A DNA stretch of 64,000 nucleotides from Diplonema japonicum (Eukaryota; Protista; Euglenozoa: Diplonemea), in NCBI GenBank assembly GCA_964019335.1, contig OZ025657.1, positions 620,001 through 684,000 of the forward strand. Direction: 5' to 3'. The notes beneath the pieces were generated by a model. It was not told the DNA's origin. It saw nothing but the letters and a program-made list of their open reading frames with translations, and did not search any database. Within the stretch, counting starts at the first letter, position 1. Each line of letters begins with the position of its first letter. Positions 1 through 10,919 of the stretch are shown here, piece by piece. The translations under genes and the position numbers were made by a program.

Positions 1-138
1 TCCATAGTGGCCCCCCCATCGCACGGGGGGGCGCGTGTAGTAGTACTTGTATTCCAACGTGACAGGGTCCTTGGAGTCCGTCCACCACCCCTCAGCACAT
101 CCCACTATAGCCAGCACGGCACACAGTGTCGCCCTCAT
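1..138 (-). CDS. 5' part of a secreted protein (runs off window start)
   Basis: ATG at 138 opens MRATLCAVLAIVGCAEGWWTDSKDPVTLEYKYYYTRPPVRWGGHYG with no stop to position 1. It has a signal-peptide-like N-terminus and a U-rich tract upstream on the same strand. Not in the ORF track. Confidence 0.6.
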   Translation of the reverse strand, partial: MRATLCAVLAIVGCAEGWWTDSKDPVTLEYKYYYTRPPVRWGGHYG

Positions 139-496
139 CACAAATCCACTGGGTGCGTGGCAAAGTGCGAAGTGAAAGAGAATCGAGAGAAAAAAGTGGA
201 CTGCACAGAAAGAAGAAAAACAATGCAAAAGAATAAACGAAGAAGAACACAAACTACACAAAATAATGTGAGGGGGTAGATGGGTCAGGGTGAGGGGGAT
301 CGCCAAAAGGATAGGGACAGTGGTGGTAGGGAGGGGGTTCCCCCTCTTCAGGGGACCTTGAGGCTGTGATGTTTCAGTAGTCTGTTTAACTGATCTATTT
401 GGCTCGTCTCTTCTTTCTTCTAGCAATGTCTAGTGGCGGGTGGGTGGGGAGGGTTGTAGGTCCAGAATTCTAAGCTCGACCCTTCATCACTCGGAA

Positions 497-1215
497 CTAA
501 TCATCTAAAGCCTGCTCGTCGAGAGCGTCGGAGCACATCTCCAGCTTGAAGCACTGCAGTGTGTTGTGTTGTGTTGTGATATCGAGCATCATACCTGGCA
601 GATCCTTGCCTCAAGCCTGACTGCGGGGAAGTCGTCGCCGTGGGAAAGCCCCTCGAAACCTTGGATCTTGTCAACACCAACGCCGTTGTTGAAGAGGATG
701 ATGCAAGGCAGGACAGTGATGCCGAGCTTGTCGGCGAAGAAAGGCGCTTCCTCGGCCACGATCTTCATGAACTTGACCTGCACCACTCGCTTGGAAATAG
801 CGCCCAGCTTGTCGTGCATGATCTGGCACCTCTGGAACTTTTCGTGGTAGAAGTGCACCAAACTGAACTGGGTCTGCGTTACCTCAGGGAGGAAGTCTTT
901 CTCCGTGATGTCTCTGTAGATCCCATGTCCCTCCTTCTTCAGCTCGTGGGTCTTTTCCTGCTTCTTCTTCAGCATCGCCATCCTCCTCGCCCTCAGCTCC
1001 AACAGTTCCGTGTCTTCTTCCACCATCTCCTCGACAACCGCCCCTGCTCCTACCTCAGACGCAGACTTCATGTACAACGGCTTCTTCGCTTCAGGCTCTG
1101 GCTTCGGCTCTCTCTTCTTCATATACTCGTCCGTCTTCATGTAGTCAATCATGTCCGCAACACGGGCACCAGCCTCGCCGTTGGAGTTGCCCGATACCAT
1201 TCCATTTTTAAGCAT
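497..1215 (-). CDS. Phosducin-like / thioredoxin-fold protein (PhLP3/TXNDC9 type), 2 exons
   Basis: Motifs LELRARRMAMLK, GHGIYRDITEKDF, VHFYHEKFQRCQIMHDKL, EEAPFFADKLGITVLPC. Intron 554-594 (GTATGA...CACTGCAG) extends the frame to CFKLEMCSDALDEQALDD*. Start taken at ATG 1215. Confidence 0.85.
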
Positions 1216-1366
1216 TTTGTCGATGAGTCTGAGCAAGTGAGCCAAAGCACTGTGAGCACATGGTACAACTAACTTAAAAAAGAAAAAAGAAGAAGAAAAA
1301 AAAAAAAAGACAAGGTCAGTTGCTGGAGTCTGGCAGAACAAGCAAGCCCCAGCCCCACAGTGCACA

Positions 1367-2440
1367 CTACGCGCGGTACTGGTAGAAACCTTGCCCATCG
1401 CATTCTGCGTACTTGCTCTCGATGAGGCTGTGCAGCGCCTTCCACACGGCTTCGGGTGTCGTGCAGTAACGTGACGTCTCCTTCAAGCTATCGAGAATAG
1501 AACCGAACACAAGAGCCTCTCCCTTGTGCGCCTTGAGCACCCTGACCAGTGCAGCCTCTACCATCTTGTTTGGCATGAGGCTCAGCGTAGCGACACGGTA
1601 CAGAGGCGAGGCAGGAAGCCCTTCAACATCGAGGGGGGGTGTGGGCTCACGCTGTGCCAAGAGACAGGTCTCCAAAACGGTGGTGTAGACAGCCGGTGGG
1701 ACGAGTGGCTTCAACTTACCGAGTATGGTGGATGGGAAGAGTTGAAGGGGGCGGATCAGGGGGTGCTTACTAGTGAGGAGGGGCTCCCATATGGCGAACG
1801 AGTTGTTGTTGTTGTCCTCCGAGTACCACCGCCAGAAGACACGGAAACAAAACTCAGGGTGCGGGTTGAAGATCTCATTAAAAAGGCCGAGCAGCGTGAG
1901 GAGGTCAGTTTGATGGATTGTTTTAAAACCAGGAAGGTCGGGGTAGGTGTCCGCTTCCATGGTACCGAGGAACTTGACGCATGTAACGCGAATCTCCGCG
2001 TGGCGCATAGTGGTGAAGATCTTGAAGACAGTTTCGGGAAGGAGGTTGTCTCTAATGACATGAAAGCACTCTCTGCGGAGGTCCTCGAACCCGTACTTGT
2101 CGGCAAGCTGGTAGATGCCTAGTGCCATAGCACTGTCGATCTGTGCCCTCCCTGTGTACATGTACTCAAGCAGTTCTTTCACGTCACGAGGCTCGCCTTC
2201 CACGTGCACCTTGCATGTGCTTGACTCCTCATACGCACCTTTAAGCATAGCTTTGAACACATTTGATCTTCCCGCGAGCACAATACGGTGGGCGGGGATT
2301 TCTTCATTGTTTTCCAGCACCAGCGAGCAGTCAGAGAAACATGTGTCCCCGCAGTACTCACCCCATGGAGCAAGTATAGGGAGGTGTGCCACGCTACCTT
2401 CGGTCTTCGTGACCGGCTGCTTCATCGCGGTCTCAGCCAT
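1367..2440 (-). CDS. BTB/POZ protein with C-terminal cullin-like neddylation winged-helix domain
   Basis: BTB: FSDCSLVLE..IPAHRIVLAGRSNVFKAML..LLEYMYTG..LADKY. C-terminus VEAALVRVLKAHK...ALHSLIESKYAECDGQGFYQYRA resembles the cullin C-terminus. Confidence 0.8.
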   Translation of the reverse strand: MAETAMKQPVTKTEGSVAHLPILAPWGEYCGDTCFSDCSLVLENNEEIPAHRIVLAGRSNVFKAMLKGAYEESSTCKVHVEGEPRDVKELLEYMYTGRAQIDSAMALGIYQLADKYGFEDLRRECFHVIRDNLLPETVFKIFTTMRHAEIRVTCVKFLGTMEADTYPDLPGFKTIHQTDLLTLLGLFNEIFNPHPEFCFRVFWRWYSEDNNNNSFAIWEPLLTSKHPLIRPLQLFPSTILGKLKPLVPPAVYTTVLETCLLAQREPTPPLDVEGLPASPLYRVATLSLMPNKMVEAALVRVLKAHKGEALVFGSILDSLKETSRYCTTPEAVWKALHSLIESKYAECDGQGFYQYRA

Positions 2441-3723
2441 CAGACATGCTATGTTGCTGTAAGAGTATGGTGATAACAATTATGCAATACCGTCTTCTTG
2501 GCTCAATAAGGTGTGACAAAAAAAAAGGAGGGTGGAACAAGAGAGGACTATAGCAACAACAATTAAAAGGGGGGGGAAATAATTATATATTAGTTGGGTA
2601 AAAGAAGGGGGGAAAAGGATCTAAAAAAAGGGGGGAGGGAAAAGAAAAAGAGGGCAAAAGAGAGGAAGGTAGGGGGATGGTATAAAGAAAAAAAATACAA
2701 TTTTTGTTTCTGTTTTATTTATTTTTTTCCGGTTTTTTAATTTCCCTGCGCAGTAGAAAAAAAAAATTAAAATGTTGTTACATGCTCGGTTCCTTTTTTT
2801 TTCTTTTTTTTGAAAATAATTTATTTTCAGGTATCAAACTCTGCGCGGCAAAAAAAAAAAACTACATTTTTTGGGGAGGTTTTTTTTTTTTCTTTTTCTT
2901 CTTTTTTTAAAGACATAAAAGGAATAGAACAGGGCGTGTGGAGGGAGTTTAAAAAAAAAAGCAAATAAATAAACAAAGCAAAACCTAATGTAATACAATA
3001 TATTCCCTCTCCTTGCGATTCCTTTCTTCTGTCCCTTGTTGAAGCAACACAGTGCACTTCAAAAGGTAGCGGGAAAAAAAGGAAAACAGGAAAGGAGGGG
3101 GGAAAAAAAAGAGAAGAAAAAAAAAAGAAATTAGACTATTCACGACGCATGCCATTGTTCGCACGAGTAAAAAGAAACTTAAGAATAAATCTGCCACGGG
3201 GCGTTTTTTTTTTTTTTCCCTTGCTCGGACCAATATTGCATAACGTAACAAAATCAAATCTTTCGCAGGACCCTTTTTTTTTTTTTTTTTTTTTTTTGAT
3301 TTGTGTAAAAAGCCAAATACAACGCACCCGAAGTAACGGGCGGTTATAGTCATTGAAAAAAAAAAAAAGAAAATACCTCAGTTATGGCATTGAAGAAAAA
3401 AAAAAGAGAAAGTGGTACAAAAGGGAGTGGAAGAAGGGGGAACTATCTAAAAGAAATCCTATATCCATTCACAAAAAAGGAGGGGATGCAAAGGGAAAAA
3501 CATAGGGCGTGGATAAATGAGACAGAAAAAAAAAAACGGGGGAGGGAGAAAACTTCTAGAAAAAAAAAGGGGGGGGATGGCTACACAATCTATAAAGCTT
3601 TTTTTCTTCTTTTCTTCTTGTATCGTTTTTTTTTTCTTTTTACTTAGATTTTTGTTTTTTTTTTTCTTTTCCCGAATACTTATTTCTTTTTTTTTGTACT
3701 GTTCCTTTCTCCCTATTACCACA

Positions 3724-5207
3724 TCACATGAAGTCAGTGTTGTCGTCCGCCCAGGACAGAGGAGGCATGTTATTATTATTGGCAATCAGCTCTGCGTGTT
3801 AATGAAGGCCCCGTTCCTATTCCCAACAACATACCTTCTTCTGTTGAAGTGGGTGTAGTGGACGCTGGCACTGAGGCAGCACTGTGGGAAGCTGGGTAAG
3901 GCTTCTGCACAACGGGGACCTGGCATCTGTGGACATCGTAGCAAGGGTACACACTGTAGTCACCATATGGGTTGTACTGCACAGTGGCAGGGGTGGTGGG
4001 GGCTTGCTGTCCGTGCGTAGGGGGAACATTGTAAGACGGGTCGTATGGCTGTGGGTGTGGTGTGGTGTGGTGAATCACAATGCCATACGTCATGGAACTC
4101 CGGTACCCCGTATTCCATCGGCTGCTGCGGAGCCTGTTGTTGCTGCTGAGCAGCTGTGTTCATCTGTGGTGCCCTTGCCAGCCTGCTCTGAACCTTCTTC
4201 TGCATCTTCGCACCGTGCGGCGTGAGCAGCGAGACAGCCTTGGTGGCATTAAATTTAAAAAAAAAAGAAGCAATCAAACACACCTGAACGCCTTCCATGA
4301 CCAGCGGCATCAGCTCGTCTGGGCACACCTCGATCGCCTTCTGGATGACGAAGTTCCCAGAGTCGTGCGTGGCGATGTCTACCCTGTTGTGGGGCGTGAA
4401 GATCTCATTGATGAGGTACGACTTCGAGTAATTAGACCCCTTCGGGTGTGTCAGGATGGCCTCCATCAAGTACGACGCGTGCTTGTGGACGGCGTAGGAA
4501 CGGACGTCGGCACAGATGAGCTCTGTGGCCTGATCGACGAGGGCCGGGTGGTAGTCGAAGCACTTCGCGACAAGGTAGTTGCCTGCAGGATGGATGATGA
4601 GCTCAGGGAGGTGGGTCGAGACCTTCATGAAGACAGGCGAACAGTCGACGTTCATCCCCACCGCCAGCTCTAGGTTGGACTGCAGCTCTGTGCACTGCTT
4701 TGAGTTATTGACTATCTTCAGCAAGTTGATAGACGCGTGCACTATCTTCTCCTCCATAGGGAGCTGGTACCACCCCCCATGCGCGGCATGCCCTGTGCTG
4801 GATGTGAAGGTAGGGGGGGCGTTGTGCTGCGTCCTCTCGCTCATCTGAGCCATCGATGCGCCTGTCCTGTTCACTTTCGGGAGCATGTACAAGATCTCGC
4901 CCTCCATGCACTGGTGGTCGATCAGTGCGTCGCCGAGCAGCGGTGTGGACCTCGCGATTTGGAAGTCCCCGTCCTCCAGCTGCCATGCCTTCGCCACGTC
5001 TTGCTTAAGCAGGTCCAATGTCGTCCACTGTTCGCTGTAGGGCACCCACACCATCTTGCCGTTGGGGTGCACCACGCCAAGTGTTTTATTAGGGTATGGC
5101 ACCGCAGCGTTGTGCGCACCTGCCGCCTGCTCTTCCCCGTGACGTGCTTCAGACGATCCGCTGGTGCTCGACACCACATCACTAGGGGGTGCGTCGTGCT
5201 TCGTCAT
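3724..5207 (-). CDS. Pumilio/PUF-repeat RNA-binding protein with N-terminal ubiquitin/PB1-like segment, about 4 exons
   Basis: PUF repeats HPAGNYLVAKCF, HKHASYLMEAIL, HDSGNFVIQKAIE. Introns 4239-4283, 4049-4088 and 3792-3834 join the track ORFs and give the end ..PPLSWADDNTDFM*. The 3' exon structure is less certain. Confidence 0.75.
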
Positions 5208-5280
5208 TTTGTTTTGTTTTTTGTATGCCCCCTGTGGTACATGGGCACAGCATGGCAGCAAGGACAATAAGTGGGCGCGA

Positions 5281-6090
5281 TTACGTCTTCAGATCTACCA
5301 ATGTATTGCTTTGTGCCACAATCTCCTCCAAAGACACACGGCCTCGCTGCCTCACGAACCTCGCTATCGCCTTGTATTCATCGTCTGTAATGTGGATGAA
5401 TTTCCCCCGGTCGTCGAGCACCCCTGTCAGCCGGCCGTCCGTGCGCAGTGTCTGTGTTGTTGTGGTGTGGTTCAGCTGCATTATTGTTTGTACCTGTAAG
5501 AGCTCCACCACACGACTGATGGGAATCTGGAACTGCGTGGATAGATCTTCCAGATGCGATACTTTGCTGCATTTCACCTGTGTGTGTGCATTCACCTGTG
5601 TGATGCTCTCGCGGCATACCGTGTCGATAAAGTCAGAGAGCATCTGCCCCTCTTCAACCACTTCTGTCTCACCGGAATCCTCAACTTGCATGTCAGTGGT
5701 CCACATCTCAAGCTCTACTTGTGCCGCCTTCTCTTTTTCCTCCTCAAGAAGCTTCAAGCGCTCTTCCTGCACGCGGACTGCATACTCCTCATCCATTTCC
5801 TTCTCCGCCTGCTTTGACGCAATCTCTCGGTTCATCTGCCTCACAGCTTCTTTCCGTGACTCAACCTCCTTCTTCCGTTCTGCCTTTGCTTGCTCCTTGC
5901 GTCTTGCCAACCTACCTAGGCCCTCATGCACTACAACACCTGCAGCTGCTAGCTCCTCCTCTGCTGCATCATCCTTTGCCTTCTTGTCCAACAGCCGACT
6001 GAAGTGTTCGCTGCGCTCATCTTTTTTCAACAAAAAATAACATGCTACCACAAGCAGTGCGAGCACCACCAGCCCGGCAACGACCAGCAT
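5281..6090 (-). CDS. DDRGK1: DDRGK domain protein (UFBP1, UFMylation adaptor)
   Basis: N-terminal TM anchor MLVVAGLVVLALLVVACYF, charged coiled coil, LTGVLDDRGKFIHIT and FVRQRGRVS. Two in-frame 42-nt introns, 5578-5619 and 5452-5493. Confidence 0.9.
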   Translation of the reverse strand: MLVVAGLVVLALLVVACYFLLKKDERSEHFSRLLDKKAKDDAAEEELAAAGVVVHEGLGRLARRKEQAKAERKKEVESRKEAVRQMNREIASKQAEKEMDEEYAVRVQEERLKLLEEEKEKAAQVELEMWTTDMQVEDSGETEVVEEGQMLSDFIDTVCRESITQVNAHTQVKCSKVSHLEDLSTQFQIPISRVVELLQVQTIMQLNHTTTTQTLRTDGRLTGVLDDRGKFIHITDDEYKAIARFVRQRGRVSLEEIVAQSNTLVDLKT

Positions 6091-6164
6091 CTCACCTACC
6101 TGTGAACAAAAGTTGCGGTGGATCACATAGCATAATAAGACTATTAATGTTGAACACATCACAA

Positions 6165-8405
6165 TTAACGCCAATTCCTTGCCACATACAATGCAGCAGC
6201 ATGCTTCACAATGACAGGGAAGTCCTTCTCGGGGATGGTGTAATAGTCGCAGTTCCACTCGCCCCGCTTGTCGGGCGGAGTGTTCAAGTGAGTGTTCAAA
6301 TAGAACACGTTGCTGGCATGTGCCATGCGTTCGATGATGAGCTGCTCATGGTAGTTCATCCTGGGGGGCATGAGGTGTGCTACCACGGAAGCGGGGCGGA
6401 GGTACGCAATATGGAGGAGGCCGGCACCGTGCGTGCCAACAAGGATGTTTGTCCCGGCCATGAGCCGCACTTGCTGCTCGAAGGTGAGGTTATCGCAGCA
6501 CTTCTGTACGGAGAGCGCAACTGTTCTGGTACTGTTGTTAAAAGAGAAGGTCCCTTCGAAGGTCTCCAATGCCTCAAGGAGTTTCTTGGAGTTTGTTAGC
6601 ACCCTCTTTGGGGTCTTGCGGTCCAACCAAGTCACCTTCAGCATACCACCTTCCGTTGCACTTTGCACCACACCTCCCACCTTTGTCCATGCATACACCA
6701 TCGCCCGCCACCTCTCCAACACTCTCAGTTCCGTATACATCTTCACATCTTCCCACCTTGTCGAAAACAGCCTCCTTGGCCTTCCCCACACCATCTTTTC
6801 GAAGCAGACAGTCTCCCCTTCTTTAGCTATGTCTTCCATGAAACCCCATCTGTGCACCAGGCGGTCGAGGATGTCACTGTAAGCAGAAACAGGCTTGTTG
6901 GAGCGCTTCGTTTTCAGCAGCAGCAAAGTGCGGTTCGACGGCTCTGGTGTGCCACCGGTGCTGAGGAAAGTGGCGAACAGCGGCCAGAAATTGTCGTTGT
7001 GAGAGTGGTATATATTGTCACGCACCCATGGATAGTGCACGTAAACAGTCCCTGGAAACACGGTGGCACAGTCTCGTTCAAGATGCAGCGCCTCCGTCGC
7101 ATGCCGCACCTTAACTGCTGGATAGTAGTGCTTGTCATTCTCTTTGTAGTATCCGAAGGAGAAGTTCCCCATTTCTCGGCTTGCCTTGTTGTATATCTGT
7201 GTCAGGACACCCCCCGTGCGCAGTGTGCCACCATTAGCCTCGATCAATGTCGATGTGTTGTGCAAGGTTAGGACGCCCTCCCTGAAACTCACAGGACCTA
7301 GCTGTAAGTGGTCGGGGTCGTACTTTGTACGTGGGAGGTACCAGTCAAGTGTTGTGTGAGCGGGCGTACTTTGCTCAAGGAGCACAGGAGCTGGCAACGG
7401 GCTCAAGCCCTGCGGTTTTCCAATCATACGCAACAGGATCAACGCCTCTGTGGTGAGCTTCACCAGTTCGTCCTTTGCGAACTTGAACTGCTCGCCTCGC
7501 ATGTACTTCTCGACAGATGTCTTCTGCACGGAGTCCTCGTAGTTTCGCGTGTTGATGAACAGTATGGAATTCCTTATCGCCAGGCCTTGCAGCCAGGAGC
7601 CGTCACGGTAGCTCATGCCCCTCTCGGAGAGGGCAATGGCCAGACTGTTGTGGGGCAGGAACGCTAAGAGGTTCATGTAATCACTGCTGTACATCCCTAT
7701 CACACCCGCTGCATGACTGACATCCTCAATCAGGCTTTTTAGGTGTTGAGAGGTTTTGGGGGGTTGCACGAAGGTGAGGTTCAACCCTTGTTGCTGGAAG
7801 CTGTCAAGGATCTGTGGAAACCAAGGCGGGGCATGCTTGCGGTCAGCGAGGAAGAGAAACCGGTTTGCAACACAAGTGCCACAGACATTGCTGTTCAACT
7901 GCACGCTCGGTTCAGAACCTGTTTCTTCCTCATTTGCCCATTGCAGCTCCTCGACTGGGTAGTGAGAGGCGCACTTCTTCGGCTCAGTGGTAAGCCCCTT
8001 AAGAGACCCTTCGACAAGTGCTATCACCGCAACTGTCTCGTCACTCTCGGTGTCGTCAGCCGGCTTCACGAAACACGCAAAGTTATGCTTTTGGCATGCG
8101 GTCCTCACAGCAGGGACAACACGGCTCACGGTAAACTTCACTGGGTGCTTCAGAGAGGTAGGGAATTCTAATTGGAGCACGACACCATTCTTCGAGCATT
8201 CCCTTCGCCGTTTGCTGCGCTTCACCAGTTCACCTGCCCGCCTGTCTGTTACTTCTATTTTTGTGATGTTGGTATTTGTCCGCTCCCGCTGCACACCCGT
8301 AGCCCTCCATGCTATGCAGAGCCAAACCACAACGATCCCCACAAGACTCTTCAGCACCACCCTGCCCCCAGTGCTTCTCTTGTACAGCATGGCATGTGGC
8401 TGCAT
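6165..8405 (-). CDS. Glycosyltransferase family 61 (DUF563, EOGT-like), type II membrane protein
   Basis: N-terminal TM. Motifs NIYHSHND, VCFEKMVWG, WLDRK..R.L.N, LTFEQQVRLM...ILVGTHGAGLLHIAYL. Confidence 0.8.
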   Translation of the reverse strand: MQPHAMLYKRSTGGRVVLKSLVGIVVVWLCIAWRATGVQRERTNTNITKIEVTDRRAGELVKRSKRRRECSKNGVVLQLEFPTSLKHPVKFTVSRVVPAVRTACQKHNFACFVKPADDTESDETVAVIALVEGSLKGLTTEPKKCASHYPVEELQWANEEETGSEPSVQLNSNVCGTCVANRFLFLADRKHAPPWFPQILDSFQQQGLNLTFVQPPKTSQHLKSLIEDVSHAAGVIGMYSSDYMNLLAFLPHNSLAIALSERGMSYRDGSWLQGLAIRNSILFINTRNYEDSVQKTSVEKYMRGEQFKFAKDELVKLTTEALILLRMIGKPQGLSPLPAPVLLEQSTPAHTTLDWYLPRTKYDPDHLQLGPVSFREGVLTLHNTSTLIEANGGTLRTGGVLTQIYNKASREMGNFSFGYYKENDKHYYPAVKVRHATEALHLERDCATVFPGTVYVHYPWVRDNIYHSHNDNFWPLFATFLSTGGTPEPSNRTLLLLKTKRSNKPVSAYSDILDRLVHRWGFMEDIAKEGETVCFEKMVWGRPRRLFSTRWEDVKMYTELRVLERWRAMVYAWTKVGGVVQSATEGGMLKVTWLDRKTPKRVLTNSKKLLEALETFEGTFSFNNSTRTVALSVQKCCDNLTFEQQVRLMAGTNILVGTHGAGLLHIAYLRPASVVAHLMPPRMNYHEQLIIERMAHASNVFYLNTHLNTPPDKRGEWNCDYYTIPEKDFPVIVKHAAALYVARNWR

Positions 8406-9075
8406 GTAGTTGTCGCAAGAAGCAGGAGAATAACATGACGACGAAATAAACAAAGAAGGAATGAAAATAGATTTCGATAAAGTTTCAGTGTGCAGGGAGT
8501 GCTCACTGTAAAACAAACAAAGGAAGTCGGGCAAGTGGAAGTAAAACAGAGATGAAGAACATGAAGAACAGGGGGGATGACAGGAGAGTAGTAATAGATT
8601 CCTATATTGGTTAGTTATACAGGGACTTTAAAAAAGAGGGGGGGAAGAGGGGTAAATTGTTTACTCTTATCCTGTCTCATTTGCCTTTCCAGCAGTCTGA
8701 TCCTTTCCCTTTCCGTCTGTTGCTCTACACCCCCCACTTATTATTTGTTTTTGTTCATTTAAATTAATTTCTCGATTCTCTTCTTTCTTACTTGTTTTTC
8801 CTAGCTTTCCTCTCCCCCCCCTTTTTTTTCCTCTACTTGATGGCCTCCCGCCTAACACACTCAATCATATGCCTAAAGTAAGGGGGAATGAAAAAAAAAA
8901 TGGACAGAAAAAAAAATTGGTAATACAATGTAGCAACAAAAATATTTTCTTAAAAAAAAAAAGAGAAAAAAAAAATCACCCAGGGATGCACAAAGAAATG
9001 CTAGCAACACACCATCACCAATATAATTAAAAAGTACAAAAAGGAGGTACCCCGCTTTCTTTTTTTTTTTAGTTT

Positions 9076-10313
9076 TCAAAAGTCCTCCGCGTTGTACCTT
9101 GCTTGGAGGGAAGCCGCAGATTTCTTGTGGTCTTTGATAGTTTTTTCCTTAGATCGCTCACTTGAGGACTTGGCCATGGCACGCTTCTCCGACTTGCTCA
9201 TAGCTTTGCCTTGCACAACGATATGTGTGATTTCAAAGAACTTCCTAACAGGTTCATTCGAAGCAATGTAAGCAGGAAGCCCTGTCTTTAAGATAACTCT
9301 CAATGCTGTGAGCTGGATAGACTTCGGCCACCCTTCGAAGTCTAGAGTCTTTCCTTTAAAGGTCATCCTTTCCGTAGGGGTTTCCGTGTTTGAAACACTG
9401 CCCATAACCCATCTGGCAAGCTCTTTCTTGTCCTTCCTGAGGGCCTTTGACATTGTTTTGTTACCGTCGGACACAATGTCCTGCAGGACTTCGTCAATGT
9501 CGACCCTTCCCATCCCAGGTGGCGGCTTCCCGCTGTCTTCGTAAGACAGCTCATACACAAGTCCAAGTGTCTCTAGCCCAGCACAACAGACGTCGTGGGA
9601 GTCAGTTGATTTCACCATGTTCAGGATTTTTTGAGCATTTTCGTACAATGGTGTTTTTGAGGCCTTGGGTCTTGTGTTGCACAGTGTCCATGCGGATAAG
9701 GCTTCTGCTATGACATTGGGTGGGTACTTGCCCGTCCAGGTTTCCTTCAGCAAGTCCGGAACGGTATCGTCTTCGAGGTCCAGGTACGGGTCCGCTATGT
9801 GGCACATTGCCAGTGCTCTGATAGCCTCGACCACTTCGTTCACAGTGGAATGGGAGTTTTTCATCATGTAGATTGCGAGAACTGCAATGTCCTTTATGCA
9901 TTCAACATTCTCTTCTGCGAAGAACAGGGCAGAGACGGCTGCTACCTGTAGACCCAGCAGTGCCTCTTCGGGTTTTCCGTTGCGCACGCACCTTGAGATG
10001 TTCATAACAAGAGTAAGCCCGAATTTGTCGAGGACGGTGTGGAGATCAGGTCGGCTGCACAGACAGCTTTTGATCTGCTTCATAGCGATTATCCTCTCGG
10101 CGCTTTTCTTCGAAGACAGATGGTCGTCGACCAGCTCCCCGAATGTCTCGACGGGTCCTTCCTCGTCATCGGCATCATCGTCCCCTACAGAGCTGTGCTG
10201 TGTGATTGTCGTTGTTGAACTGCATACCCGAAACCCATCGATCCAGGCTCGGAGAGGGTGTCTTCATCCTCCTCAAGGTCCACCTTGGTCTTTTTACTCT
10301 TCTTCTTACCCAT
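9076..10313 (-). CDS. Interferon-related developmental regulator (IFRD) family protein, 2 exons
   Basis: Exon 1 MGKKKSKK...SMGFG joins the armadillo-like ORF through intron 10193-10227. Motifs ALSAWTL, AGLETLGLVYEL, LRKDKKELAR, LDFEGW..IQL..LR..L..G. Confidence 0.75.
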
Positions 10314-10631
10314 TTGTAGTGTGTTCTGTTTTCTTTTTTTTTTGTGCCCCTCCCCCGAAAAGCGGGAAGATTGAAACAAATGAAATAACTGAAAGGAACA
10401 TAAATCCAAGGCTAGCTGGGGGATGACGGTGTCAACACCCGTTGAAATACAAGCTCAGCAGGGCTCAAGTGTCCCTTTTATTTCTTTATTATACCCCCCC
10501 CCCCCGTCTGATTTTCTTTCTTTGTTTAATTCAACAGAACACAGGCATGGTAAGGTGTCGGAAACGGGAGGTGGGAAAGTATCTTCAACAAAAAATATTT
10601 TTAGAGGAATACACAATTTTAGAAAGAAACA

Positions 10632-10832
10632 TCACTTCTTTTTTGAATCGTAACCGAAGTCTTTTGCCATTTCCTCCTTCGCCAACCGCGCCATTTTGCT
10701 CAGCCCCGAGGTGCCCGTGGTGTTTGCTGAGTGTACTGTTTTTCTGAACCAGGTAGCGTTGAGCAAGTAACCCGTGATGGTTTGGTGCAGGGTCTTAGAA
10801 CCTGAAGCGAAGAGTAGGTTCTTGATGTTCAT
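10632..10832 (-). CDS. 66-aa basic microprotein, unknown function
   Basis: ATG-initiated ORF with coding-like composition. It lies 87 nt downstream of the previous stop, which is typical spacing here, and has a pyrimidine tract plus AG upstream. Confidence 0.5.
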   Translation of the reverse strand: MNIKNLLFASGSKTLHQTITGYLLNATWFRKTVHSANTTGTSGLSKMARLAKEEMAKDFGYDSKKK

Positions 10833-10919
10833 TTTTTTTTAAATTTGGCTGAGTGTCTGTGTACGTTGATACAGACCACATTGGGGGTGGGGTGAAAAAT
10901 AAAGGGGATAAATCGATTA

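Noticed and set aside
2704-3720. Numerous poly-Lys/poly-Phe ORFs here and at 14.4-15.2, 16.3-17.8, 48-50 and 55-61 kb
   Set aside because: They are translations of A/T homopolymer UTR or intergenic DNA with no coding signal.
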